Shown here piece by piece: positions 45,771 to 55,309 of a DNA stretch of 64,000 bases. The position numbers and the translations under genes were made by a program. The DNA lies in the IMG/VR virus record IMGVR_UViG_3300044691_000429, positions 29,142 through 93,141 of that record. One strand, written 5' to 3'. Under the pieces are notes generated by a model. It was not told the DNA's origin, did no database searches, and saw only the letters and a list, made by a program, of their open reading frames with translations. How positions within the stretch are numbered: the stretch's first letter is position 1; every line of letters begins with the position of its first letter. This DNA is from a virus.

Positions 45771-46408
45771 CAGACGCGCGCCCCCTTCCGGGTGTTGCAG
45801 GTGGTGCAGAGCACTTGGAAGTTGTCGAGCGAGTCGGGGCCGCCCTTGGAGCGCGGGTGAACGTGGTCGATCTCCAGTCCGCGGTACAGCGGGCGCCCCG
45901 TCGGGGCGGTCGGCACCGGATCTCCCGGCGACCACCCGCAGCCGACGCACTGCCACCCGTCGCGGCGCAGCACCTCGGCGCGCAAGCCTCGGGGGCCTTG
46001 CACGGGAGGCGCCCCTGCGACGACTTCGGAAAGCTCACTGGACGCCACCGCACGCAGGAGGAAAGACGGGGAGCGGGTGATGGCGTCGTAGGCGCCCGCG
46101 ACTACTCGTGGCTGGTTGCCGACGCCGGCATGCCGGAAGTACCCGCAGACGTACAACTCGTCTTCGGCGTGGTCGGGGACGACGAAGCCGCGGGCTTCGA
46201 GGCTGTCGACTCCGCACCGAAGATCTCCTTCCACCGCGCCGCGTGCAGCGTTCGCCCAGCGAGCGAAGGTCATCGGCAGCAGCCCCGCGTTGGTCAGTTG
46301 GGGCTGGCTGACGAGAAACAGGTACAGGCGCTGTTCCTCCTGGGTGAGCGCGATGAACTCGGCGTCCCTCCAGATGCTGGTGAGGATGCGGCTGTGGCCA
46401 CGAGCCAT
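45770..46408 (-). CDS. Initiator-like N-domain fused to an HNH endonuclease
   Basis: SIW.D..F..L....Q.LYLFL.SQP...AGLL; VLRRDG..C..C, IDHV.PRS.GG.....N...LC..CN..KG. Confidence 0.85.
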   Translation of the reverse strand: MARGHSRILTSIWRDAEFIALTQEEQRLYLFLVSQPQLTNAGLLPMTFARWANAARGAVEGDLRCGVDSLEARGFVVPDHAEDELYVCGYFRHAGVGNQPRVVAGAYDAITRSPSFLLRAVASSELSEVVAGAPPVQGPRGLRAEVLRRDGWQCVGCGWSPGDPVPTAPTGRPLYRGLEIDHVHPRSKGGPDSLDNFQVLCTTCNTRKGARV

Positions 46409-46587
46409 GTCGGTTCTTCTTTCGAAAGGTGCTGGTCAGGGGGCTTCGAACATGCGGAACCAGGCCCTTACGGCGGTATAGCGCGAACGTCCTTGACGTG
46501 ACTATCATAGCTGTTAATCGCGCGTTCGTAGCTAAGAAGACTAAGGGAGCTGAGTAGGGCATGGGGTGCGTCAGTTACGCTTTGCAC

Positions 46588-46905
46588 ATGAGCGAGCAGC
46601 CGAAGGAGCACCGCGCCCAGATCGCCGAGGCCCGCAATGTGCTGGGCGAGGTGATCGCCCGCGCACGCTTCGGCGGCGAGCCGACGATCCTCATCAACCG
46701 CGGCAAGGAAGCTGCCGCGATCGTCTCCATGGACTTCTACGAGCGAGCGCGCCGCGACCGGGCCCAGCTCCAGGCAATGCGGGACCGCCTCGACGAGCTG
46801 GCCGGCCAGCCGCAGACGGGGGACGTCAAGAACGTGTGCCGCGTCGTCAGCGAAGCCCTGGACCTCGCTGACCGCCGCGCCGCGGAGAACATCGCGCGTT
46901 CCTGA
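46588..46905 (+). CDS. Phd/YefM-family antitoxin-like protein (orphan)
   Basis: IAEARNVLGEVI.RARFGGEPTILINRGKEAAAIVS; TACGCT -10-like box 6 nt before ATG, suggesting a leaderless transcript. Confidence 0.8.
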   Translation: MSEQPKEHRAQIAEARNVLGEVIARARFGGEPTILINRGKEAAAIVSMDFYERARRDRAQLQAMRDRLDELAGQPQTGDVKNVCRVVSEALDLADRRAAENIARS

Positions 46906-46907
46906 CC

Positions 46908-47120
46908 TCACCCCTCCGCCCCCGTCCGGTACGCGGGTATCCCGGGCCCGGCCACCGGCTCGGGCTGTCCGGCGAGCGCGGCGGGGGTGCGCGCACCGCA
47001 GCGGTGGCCGACCTGGAAGTACCGGACGCCCCCGGTGGCGCGGCAGTAGCGCAGCTCGGCCCCCACCCAGTGCGTGCAGCTGCCGTTCGTCGGCCTGGTG
47101 TCGGCCTGAGCCCCGTTCAC
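46908..47120 (-). CDS. Hypothetical Cys/His protein
   Basis: CTHW.G....YC.....R....G.RC. Confidence 0.55.
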   Translation of the reverse strand: MNGAQADTRPTNGSCTHWVGAELRYCRATGGVRYFQVGHRCGARTPAALAGQPEPVAGPGIPAYRTGAEG

Positions 47121-47302
47121 AGCCGCGCCCCGATCCGCCGGAGGTCGGCGCGCGCCCGTGCGAGGCCGCTAGACCGGGGGGTGGCGGCGAGGGTGACGGT
47201 GTCGCCGCCCGGCGACGTCACCCGGTAGTGGCCCGTGCCGCCGACGCGGACGGCGAAGCCCTGCTTGCGGACCCGCTTCAGCAGCTGCTTGACGTCGTTC
47301 AC
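47117..47302 (-). CDS. HicA-like small protein
   Basis: KQLLK.....GF.V....GHYRV..P.G..V....TP........DLRR.G. Confidence 0.65.
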   Translation of the reverse strand: MNDVKQLLKRVRKQGFAVRVGGTGHYRVTSPGGDTVTLAATPRSSGLARARADLRRIGARL

Positions 47303-48452
47303 GCCGCCACCTCCCCGTCTCCCGCGCCCCAGCCGCCCCGCGCCGCCTGTAGCAGCGCCATGTGGATGCCGCGGGCCGGGACGCCGTGAACGGCCGGGCT
47401 CACACCGTTGAGCAGCAGGAACGTGCTGGCGATCTCCTCGGCGACCCGGGCGGTGATGCGGCGGGCGCGGCCGGACCTGAGGCACGTCAGGGTGTTCGTG
47501 GACAGCAGCGAGTAGTCGCCGAGCCAGTTGATGGGGTAGCCCTGAGCGGCCAGGGACCGGAGCTGATCGCGGGCCACGGCGGCGGCCGAGGTGGGCGTCA
47601 TGCCGCCACCTGCTTCCCGGCGGCCTTCTCGGCGTGGATCTTCGCGATCCGCTCTTTGGTGTCCTTGAGGGGCAGGCCTACTTGCTTGGCGATCTCCCAG
47701 TCGGCCATGCCGAATCCGGCGAGGTGCCGGATCTCGTCGTTGCGGAGGTCGTCGCGCTTGCGGATGGCCGGGATGCGGCCGATGCCGGTTGTGTCGGGCT
47801 GGGCGGCGGGGTCGTCGATGTTCCCGTCCCATGCGAGCGGCCCGACCCAGCCCTTGGCGATGGCGTTGTTGCGGGTACGGCTGGTGAAGCGATCGAATCC
47901 CGGCGCCTGGTACGCGAGTTGCCGGTATGCGGCGGCGATCCGGTCGGCGACGGCTTTCCGCACGGTGGGCTGGCCGTCGGCGATGAGGTGGATGCGGGTG
48001 TCGGTGGAGCGCGAGGCTTCGGCGATGGCCCGGTAGGAGTGGCCGATGCACTGCATGGCCTGGATGCGGCGACGGCTGGGGGTGGCGTCGACGTAGAGCG
48101 TCTGGCCGGGCTCGGCGGCCGGCTGCACGGCCATGATCTTGACGTGGGTGGTGCGGGTGACCTGGGCCTGGGCGCCGCGGTAGATCGCGACGAGGTTCCT
48201 GTCGTCGCATCCGGTGGCTTCGGTGAGGATCCGCCAGCACATGGTCCGGTGGAGCAGGATCAGGTGTTCGCGGACCGGGGTGGCGTCGATGAGGGCGGGG
48301 CGGCCGAGTTGGCGGAGCACTTTGCGGCGCTTACGGACCGCGCGGATGGCGAGGACGCACGGTTCGCACTTGCATGGCGGTCGGCCGCCGTGGACTCCGT
48401 TGCCGCGGGCCGGCGTTCCGTGCTCGGGCGGCTGCTTGACGGCGGTGCTCAC
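47299..48452 (-). CDS. Two HTH-repeat DNA-binding proteins (47299-47601, 47598-48452)
   Basis: Repeated R..L..L...G.....IA motifs; HG....C.C..C N-terminus. Confidence 0.65.
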
Positions 48453-48757
48453 AGTTCCCCTCCCGGGCTGTCGGGCCAGATGTCGAGGCATTGGCTGAGC
48501 AGGTGTTCGTCGGTGCCGATCCGTGGGTCTTCGAGCCCGACCGGTGACTGCGGCTGGTACGGGGGCGGCAGCGGCACGTCGGGCCACCGGTCCCCGGCGG
48601 GCTGCGTGTCCTCGGCCGCCAGGTCGGCGTGCTGGCGCCAGGCGAGTGCGGTGAGCTGCCCGTCGGCCCACGCGGCGACCGAGCGGCACAGGTGCCAGGC
48701 GCCGTACACGGCCAGCCCGCAGACGGCCAGCTCGGCGAGCGATGCGGCGAGGGTCAC
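48449..48757 (-). CDS. Membrane-anchored hypothetical protein
   Basis: N-terminal hydrophobic segment. Confidence 0.5.
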   Translation of the reverse strand: MTLAASLAELAVCGLAVYGAWHLCRSVAAWADGQLTALAWRQHADLAAEDTQPAGDRWPDVPLPPPYQPQSPVGLEDPRIGTDEHLLSQCLDIWPDSPGGEL

Positions 48758-48857
48758 GGCCGCCTCCGGTGCTCGCGCCCGGCGCAGATGACCGCGGCGA
48801 CGATGAGGGCCACGGCGACGGCACCGATTGCGGCGAAGGCCCAGGCGAGGTGGGTGG

Positions 48858-49607
48858 TCACGACGCCTCCAAGGTCAGCTGCGACAGGCGGAGGCGGGCG
48901 GCTTCGCAGTAGCGTTCGTCGGCCTCGATGCCGATGGCCCGGCGGCCGGACTGGCGGGCCGCGTCGAGCGTGCTGCCGCTGCCCGCGAACGGGTCGAGGA
49001 CCAGGCCGCCGGGCGGGCAGGCGTAGGTGATCAGCGGGGTGAGGATGCCGAGGGGCTTCTCGGTGGGGTGAATGCTGCGGCTGTGCATCGACCGGACCCG
49101 CTGGACGGAACGGGAGATCCGCATGCCGTCGTCCGCGTACTGACTCGGGGCGATCTTCCCGGTGTGCGGCGTAGTGGCGGCAACCGCGAGTCCAGTTCTT
49201 TTGGTTGGGTTGCCTCGCTCCCGGGGAACTTCGTGGTGCACGTTCTTCCAGTCACCCCTGTACCAGTGGGCGGCGATCTCGTGAACCCGCTTGAAGCGGT
49301 CGGCGGCGAACCCGCTGCCGTTGTGCTTCTCCCACACCACGTCCTGCGAGAGCTTCCAGTCGGCGAACTCGTCGCGCCGGTCGAGGAACATGCGCATCGA
49401 CCCGAAGCACCACATCGATCGGGCGACGGTCGCGGCGAGCGCGGGCCACCCGTCGGGCCACCGGTCCCAGGCGAGGCTCGTTTCCGAGTAGGGCGGATCT
49501 GCCACGACCAGATCGGCCTGCAGCCCGAGCGCGGGCAGCACCTCCCGCATGTCCCCCAGGTACAGGGTGATCCCGGCGTCGGCGTCCTGGTAGTACGGGG
49601 TGGGCAT
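48858..49607 (-). CDS. DNA N6-adenine/N4-cytosine methyltransferase (beta class)
   Basis: LYLGD, DPPY, HPTEKP, VLDPFAGSGST. Confidence 0.93.
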   Translation of the reverse strand: MPTPYYQDADAGITLYLGDMREVLPALGLQADLVVADPPYSETSLAWDRWPDGWPALAATVARSMWCFGSMRMFLDRRDEFADWKLSQDVVWEKHNGSGFAADRFKRVHEIAAHWYRGDWKNVHHEVPRERGNPTKRTGLAVAATTPHTGKIAPSQYADDGMRISRSVQRVRSMHSRSIHPTEKPLGILTPLITYACPPGGLVLDPFAGSGSTLDAARQSGRRAIGIEADERYCEAARLRLSQLTLEAS

Positions 49608-49972
49608 CACGCCGCCGCCTCCGCCCCGTGGTAGCGCTCGGCGGCGAGGCGGTGCCCGTGCCCCGTCAGCGCCCAGATGCGGATCTCGTGGCCGTGCGTG
49701 GAGCGGAGCGTGGACGGGACGCCACCGGGTACGCGCCGGGTGATCCCCGCGGCGCGCAGCCCGCTTATCGCCGCGCCGAGGAACCCGCGGCCCTGCTCGG
49801 GCAGGAGGTCGCGCAGCTCGTTCGCGGTCCACGTGTCGTGGGTGCTCCCGTACAGGAGGACCACCTGCATCACGACGTACCGGTCCCACTCGGACCCGGC
49901 GACGATCTCCGCGAGGGTCGCGTCACGGTGGCGGGCGGCGAGCTGCTCGGCGAGGGAGAGAGGGCGGGTCAC
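49607..49972 (-). CDS. Hypothetical protein
   Basis: WTANELRDLLP...LGA; coupled ORF. Confidence 0.6.
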   Translation of the reverse strand: MTRPLSLAEQLAARHRDATLAEIVAGSEWDRYVVMQVVLLYGSTHDTWTANELRDLLPEQGRGFLGAAISGLRAAGITRRVPGGVPSTLRSTHGHEIRIWALTGHGHRLAAERYHGAEAAA

Positions 49973-50661
49973 AGCGCACCGCCGTTGAAGTTGCCGTAGA
50001 CGATGCTGCCGACCGGGAAGGGCAGCGACATCTGCAAGTTGCGCTCCGCCAGTGCCAGTTCGCGCTGCAACTGCGCGGCGAAGTAGATGAGATGCGGAAG
50101 GACGAAGGAACGGATCTCCCAGCGCCGGCACTGGGGTACCGGCCAGAACAGGTGCTCCCACTTCTTATGCGGGGCGCCGTTCCGCGTGGTCAGCACCCCT
50201 CCGGATATGAGGAGTTCCTTGAAGTCGTGCGCGTCGACCCTCAGCCCTTGACTGCGCGCGACGGCGGCGGCGTGCTCCCAGGGCACGGTCCCGGCTCCGA
50301 TCCCCAACGGCGGAGCCCCCGCGTCGAACCGGCCCGTCTCGCGGATCTGCTTGAGGATCGCTTTGACTTGCTTCTTGATGACCTTGGCGCCAGGGAGAGT
50401 GCTGCGGAAGATCAGCTCCCACATGCCGTCCTCGTAGATGACGGCGAGGCGCTGCCTTCCTCCAAGGGTTTCGGTCTGAGCGAAACCCTTCTCGTCCTCG
50501 TCCAGCAGGTCGAGAGCGTTCTTGGTCTGGCGGTACCCCATGGCCGCCGAGAAGTCCGCCGCCACCGAGTAGGGCGTGCTGTCCTCGGTCTGACCGAAGC
50601 GGATGTCGGTTCCGGAGACGTTGAACGCCTTCAGTGCCGTGGGCTCGTTGAACGGCTGCAT
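49969..50661 (-). CDS. BRO-N antirepressor-like protein
   Basis: P..VA.D....GY......L...LDEDEKG...TLGG.Q....I.E.G..ELIFRS..P.AK...IL.QIR.TG. Confidence 0.88.
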   Translation of the reverse strand: MQPFNEPTALKAFNVSGTDIRFGQTEDSTPYSVAADFSAAMGYRQTKNALDLLDEDEKGFAQTETLGGRQRLAVIYEDGMWELIFRSTLPGAKVIKKQVKAILKQIRETGRFDAGAPPLGIGAGTVPWEHAAAVARSQGLRVDAHDFKELLISGGVLTTRNGAPHKKWEHLFWPVPQCRRWEIRSFVLPHLIYFAAQLQRELALAERNLQMSLPFPVGSIVYGNFNGGAL

Positions 50662-50732
50662 CGGGTCCTCCTGCGGTGTGTTGTGCTGGTGGTGGCCGCC
50701 CGCGCATTCGGGGCGCGGGCGGCCGGAGTGGG

Positions 50733-50912
50733 TCAGGCGGTCTGTCGTCCGCGCGACCGGAACTCGGTCCCGACGGTGGCGAGCAGCCGGCGGGTGTAGC
50801 CGTAGGAGCGGTCGAGGTCTGCGGCGATGGCAGCGATGGAGGCGCCGTCGTAGTACCGGCGCTGCGCGTCCCGGGCTGCGGTCAGGCGGGCCTCGCCGGT
50901 CTCGTAGGTCAC
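50733..50912 (-). CDS. Small HTH protein (not in ORF track)
   Basis: RYYDGASIAAIAADLDRSYGYTRRLL...G..FRSRG. Confidence 0.7.
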   Translation of the reverse strand: MTYETGEARLTAARDAQRRYYDGASIAAIAADLDRSYGYTRRLLATVGTEFRSRGRQTA

Positions 50913-51735
50913 GGGGTGGCCCCCTCGGTGGCGGCGCAGATCGCCTTGCAGGTAGCGAGGTCCCGTTGTGCGGGGGTGAGGATTTCCCCGTCCGGGCCCC
51001 AGGTGCGGGTGCGGGGCTCGTGCTCGTCGAACACGACGAGCCCGTGTTCGACGTGGAAGGGCCGGCCGTGGACGCGGCAGGTTTCGGCTCGGCTCCAGTC
51101 GGGGGCGCAGAGCCAGGCGCCGTCGGTGGCCCAGTACGGCGGGCAGGGTTCGGCCCAGATGGGTTCGCCGTTGTCGTACCGCAGGTCGTAGGGGAAGACG
51201 GGGCGGACCTGCTGGCAGTGCTGGCAGCGGCCGACGCGTTGGGGTGTGTATCCGAGGTTGCTCATGCCGTCACCGCCGGGTTGCGCATGACGGTGACCTC
51301 GACCGCGCCGGGCTCACCGGCGGCCACGTACACGAGGCGCCAGGTGCCGTCCCATTCGCAGGCGCACGGTTCGTCCGGGCGGGGGTGGCGGATGAACACG
51401 GCGTGCAGGCGCTTGGGGATCTGCGGCCGGTTCGGCGCGGGGACGGGCTGCTTGGTGTCGGGGTCGGGGTACAGGTCAGGGACGCCGTGGACGCTCAGCA
51501 TGTACGCGGTGGCGGCGAGCCAGAGCGCCCGCCATGTGTGGCCGTGGCCGAGCGCCACGAACTCGCTGGGCGGCTCGTCCTCATCGCCTACGCCGATGAC
51601 GACCAGGCCGCCGTGTGCGATGAAACCCGCCTTGACCGCGTCCTCCGGCGTCGGGGTCCACAGGGCCTCGGCGGGGTGGACGGTGCCGGACTCGTCCTCG
51701 GTCGTGGCCAGGGTGTAGGGGGTTGCGGTGGTCAC
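50909..51735 (-). CDS. Two hypothetical ORFs (50909-51265, 51262-51735)
   Basis: Coupled ORFs. Confidence 0.6.
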
Positions 51736-51798
51736 TTGTGGTCTCCTTTGGGGAGACCGCCCCGGATAGCCCCCGGGGCGGTCGTCTGCCGGGGGTGG

Positions 51799-52788
51799 TT
51801 ACTGCGGGGGCTGCGGCGCAGCGGCCTTGAGGGCAGTGCCGCGTTCGCGGATGAAGTCGCCGAGGTTGGTGGGCTTCCCGGTCTCCGGGTGCATCAGTGG
51901 CGTTGCGAGCGCACTGGCCGCCTCGACGTCGCGGTACAGGGTGAGCAGGCTGTCCGCCGTGGCCTTCGTCGAGCTGGCCGCGTTGATCCACGTCTTCGGG
52001 TCGATCTCGTTGGCGCCGGAGCGGAGCCAGTCCAGGTAGGGCTTGGCGATGTCGCGGGCGCCGTCCGGCTGATTGAGCTGCACACCCCTGAAGGCGGGGC
52101 AGCGGGACTTGATGAACCGAAGTCGGTTCGCCTCGTCCATTTCTGCCGCGACGCCGAACTCGAACTCGATGCCCCGGCGCTGTTCGGCGCGCATGCCCTG
52201 GTTGGTGGGTTTCTTGTCCACGAGGACCCAGTCGACGTAGGACCGCATGGTCACAACGACGTGCCCTGGATAGGACATGAGAGCGTCGATCATTTCGTTC
52301 TGGATCTTGCCGCCGTCCTTCCAGCCCGCGAACTTGTTGCCGCCATAGCGGGCCTGGGCCGCCATTTCGACCTGGTCGAGGGTTCCGTCGGCGCCCTTCC
52401 AGAAGTGGCTGAGCGAGTCGACCATCGCGACCGGGTATCCGGCGTCGGCCGCAGCAGCGAGCGCCTTCTGCAGGTCGCGAGGGTCGTAGCGGTGCATCGG
52501 CAGCGTGTCGAATGCGGCGTCGAGGTCGTTGACGTACAGGGCGGCGGCGCCGCGCTCGGTGTCGATGACCGCGAAGCGCCGCCCTTCGGCCAGCCCGCTG
52601 GCGACGGAGAGGCCGGTCCAGGTCTTGCCGGAGCCGGAGACGCCCTGGATGGACACGCGGGCTTTCGCGCCGTCCTTGGTGGCGGGACGGAACACGAACT
52701 CGTCCTCGGCGAAGTCGTCCTGAACAGACGTCCCACTCGGGCGTTGGGCCATCTGCTGGCCGGCGCGCTGAATCGGGTTGGTGGCCAT
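51799..52788 (-). CDS. Sak4-like (AAA_24) single-strand annealing ATPase
   Basis: GVSGSGKT, VIDTE, VDSLSHFW, QR.G.EFEF; adjacent to an exonuclease. Confidence 0.85.
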   Translation of the reverse strand: MATNPIQRAGQQMAQRPSGTSVQDDFAEDEFVFRPATKDGAKARVSIQGVSGSGKTWTGLSVASGLAEGRRFAVIDTERGAAALYVNDLDAAFDTLPMHRYDPRDLQKALAAAADAGYPVAMVDSLSHFWKGADGTLDQVEMAAQARYGGNKFAGWKDGGKIQNEMIDALMSYPGHVVVTMRSYVDWVLVDKKPTNQGMRAEQRRGIEFEFGVAAEMDEANRLRFIKSRCPAFRGVQLNQPDGARDIAKPYLDWLRSGANEIDPKTWINAASSTKATADSLLTLYRDVEAASALATPLMHPETGKPTNLGDFIRERGTALKAAAPQPPQ

Positions 52789-52801
52789 GAGGTGCGGCTC
52801 C

Positions 52802-53671
52802 TTAGTTGAAGAGGCGTTCGATGTACGGGGGCAGCGAGATCAGCTCGGTGGTCTCCGAGTAGCCGGGCCAGTGATCGGCCTCACGGCAGTTCGCGAATAG
52901 CTGCATGGCGGCCTGGTTGAGGTCGTGGCCGATGCGCATGGCGAGCGGGTCGAGACGAGCGACAGTCACCACGTAGGGGGCGGTCTTCTCCTGGAAGATG
53001 AAGGTGAACGGGGTGTCGTCGTTCGCGTAGCCGAGAGCCTTGAGGCCGTCCAGATACCAATCGGCCTGTACGTGGTAGCCGTGTTCGAAGACGGCTTTCG
53101 AGACGGCTTCGAGGTCGGCTGACCTGGCAGTCTTGTAGTCGACTGCCTGGCCGTCGTAGCGGAGCCAGTCGACGCGGGCGCGGCGGGTGATGCCGAGTTC
53201 GCGCTCTTCCCAGAAGAGGGACTGTTCGGCGCCGCCGCTTGCGGGATCGAGGAGCGGCCCGGCTTCCGGGTGTTTACGCAGCGCTTCGGCCATGGCGTTG
53301 ACCGTGTCGAGTTCGTGCTGCTTCAGCGGGACGTTGCCTGCGGCCCGAATCTCGGTGAGTTGCTCTTTGACCTCGTTGGTGTCCCACCTGGCCCGGTCGA
53401 CGAGGACCAGTTCGGGCCCGTCGTTGAGCACCAACTTGTGGGCGGCGGTGCCGATGTCCCAGACCTTCTTGGGTGCTTCGCCGTGGTCCTGGTCGTGCCG
53501 AAACTTGGCCGGGCAGGAGGGGGCGAGGAGCTTGCGGGCGCCGGTCGAGGAGAGTGAGCCGCCGGGCACGATGTCGCGGTGGTAGTCGGCGGCATCCAGG
53601 TCCGGGTACAAGCCCGGCCCCTGCCACAGCGGGTCCACCGCCACCTCGGGCGCCTCGACCACGGCCGTCAC
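52802..53671 (-). CDS. RecE/exonuclease VIII-like PD-(D/E)XK nuclease
   Basis: YH, LSSTG, GTAAH..VL, EQSLFW, RARVDW, DYKT, YH.QA.WY, WPGY. Confidence 0.9.
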   Translation of the reverse strand: MTAVVEAPEVAVDPLWQGPGLYPDLDAADYHRDIVPGGSLSSTGARKLLAPSCPAKFRHDQDHGEAPKKVWDIGTAAHKLVLNDGPELVLVDRARWDTNEVKEQLTEIRAAGNVPLKQHELDTVNAMAEALRKHPEAGPLLDPASGGAEQSLFWEERELGITRRARVDWLRYDGQAVDYKTARSADLEAVSKAVFEHGYHVQADWYLDGLKALGYANDDTPFTFIFQEKTAPYVVTVARLDPLAMRIGHDLNQAAMQLFANCREADHWPGYSETTELISLPPYIERLFN

Positions 53672-54012
53672 GCGGCACCGCCGGGCAGGCAGTCCTCGCA
53701 GCGGCCGGTGTTCAGGTCGAACGGTCCGGCCGTGTCGCCGCAGCTGGGGCAGGCGTGCGGGCCCTCGCCGCCCGCGAGCTTCGTCAGCCACGCGAGGGCG
53801 TCGCGGTCGTACTGCATGCCGATGACCGCCGCGGTGTAGCCCGGGAATCCGAGGGCGAGCCGCGCCATGTTCTGCATGTCGGCGGCGGCGATGGTGGAGA
53901 TCAACTGGGTCGTGAAGTTCCCCGCCTGGTAGCCGCCGCGCCCGTAGTGGAACAGGACGTGGTTGGCGATCTCCGGTGTGATGGCGGGTGCTGCCGTGTC
54001 GGTGCGGGTCAT
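53668..54012 (-). CDS. Hypothetical protein
   Basis: HVLFHYG..GY..G.F...LI....AD..N..RL. Confidence 0.65.
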   Translation of the reverse strand: MTRTDTAAPAITPEIANHVLFHYGRGGYQAGNFTTQLISTIAAADMQNMARLALGFPGYTAAVIGMQYDRDALAWLTKLAGGEGPHACPSCGDTAGPFDLNTGRCEDCLPGGAA

Positions 54013-54190
54013 CTCTTCCTGCTTTCGGGTGTGTTGGTCCCGGCCGCCGCACCGTCAGGGGGGTGTCGGGTGCGGCGGCCGGGTGGCCGGCGGAGCGGGG
54101 GGAGCGCTCGACGCCGACCGGCTCGGGTGGCTCTTTTGGCCGGCGGCCGGGGCGGGTTGTGGTCAGCCCGGACCGCCGGTCGTCAGTGGG

Positions 54191-55240
54191 TCAGGCCGCT
54201 GCGGTGTCGGCGGCCTTCTTGGCGGCGAGCGCCTTGACGTGGGCCTCGTAGTCGTCGTGCCACTGCTGCGGGTTGTGGCCCGCCTTCTCGGCCTCGTCCC
54301 ACGCCCACTCGCCGACCTCGCCGGACTCCAACTGCTCGTCCGTGTCGGCGAGGACGGTCCGCAGCAGGTCCGGGTCGGCCATCTGCAGGGCCTTCAGGAG
54401 GCGGTACGCGGTCCAGCCGTTGAGGACGGCCATGATGTGCGCGTAGAACTCGGCCGGGTCGCTGGCCGACTTGCCGTGCATGTCCGTGGTCGAGCGGAGC
54501 ACCTGCTTCAGCAGGTCTTCGGCGTGCTGGCCGATGGCGTTGTCGCGGTCTTCGAGTTCCTGCGGCTCGTGGGTGTCGAGGTCGTCGTCCATCTCGACCG
54601 GCGTCGCCTTGGCGAAGCTGTCGGCCCAGGTGGCGATGTCGTCGGCGATGTTCGGACCGGTGTTGTTGTCGGTGAAGCGGGCGGGCATCTGGATGCCGAG
54701 GAAGTCGTTGCCGACGACGACGATGGGCTTGCTGGCGCTGGCCTGCCAGGTGCAGACCCGGTTGCCTGCCGCCTCCCAGCGGGCCAGCAGCGACGACGTC
54801 ACCAGGCTGTACGGGGCCTCTCCGACGGGGTTCTCCATGGAGTGACGGAGGACGCCCCGCCACTCGGGATAGGGGCCGTTCATGGCCGGGAGGGTCAGGC
54901 CGGTGGTGTAGTCGCCCTCGGTGAAGGTGACGTCGTACTCGCCGGGGGTGATGTGGACGTTGCGCGCGTTGCCGTCGGCGCTGCGGGCCTTGAGCCAGGC
55001 GGCGAGGGCGTCGACGTTGGGGCCGTGCAGGGTGTGGGCCCACGCCGGGTCGCTGCTGCGGGTCTTCTGGCGGGCGACGGCCATGGTGTAGCGGTCGGTG
55101 GCGATGGCGTGGAGGTGGCGGCCGTCGTAGTCGAGGCGGACGCCCTGGATGGGGCCGTAGCCGGCGTTGCGGCCGACGTGGGGCTCGACCTTCCGGAGCA
55201 GTTCGGCGAGCTGGTAGGCGGTGAGGGTCGTGGTCGTCAC
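54191..55240 (-). CDS. DNA polymerase III beta-clamp-like domain protein with acidic C-terminal extension
   Basis: I.GVRL......L.AIATDRY.MAV, YPEWR.VL, KP.......F.G.QMP. Confidence 0.7.
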   Translation of the reverse strand: MTTTTLTAYQLAELLRKVEPHVGRNAGYGPIQGVRLDYDGRHLHAIATDRYTMAVARQKTRSSDPAWAHTLHGPNVDALAAWLKARSADGNARNVHITPGEYDVTFTEGDYTTGLTLPAMNGPYPEWRGVLRHSMENPVGEAPYSLVTSSLLARWEAAGNRVCTWQASASKPIVVVGNDFLGIQMPARFTDNNTGPNIADDIATWADSFAKATPVEMDDDLDTHEPQELEDRDNAIGQHAEDLLKQVLRSTTDMHGKSASDPAEFYAHIMAVLNGWTAYRLLKALQMADPDLLRTVLADTDEQLESGEVGEWAWDEAEKAGHNPQQWHDDYEAHVKALAAKKAADTAAA

Positions 55241-55309
55241 GGTCGTCTCCTGGCATGGTTGGGGTTGGCCGTGCCCGCTAGCTCCGGGCACGGCTTCGTC
55301 GTGAGCCGG

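Noticed and set aside
46446-46461. Possible LexA (SOS) box TCGAAC-N4 upstream of the replication genes
   Set aside because: The second half-site (GGAACC) does not fit the actinobacterial GTTCGA consensus.
48858-49607. Restriction-modification system
   Set aside because: No adjacent restriction endonuclease; orphan methylases are common in phage early regions.
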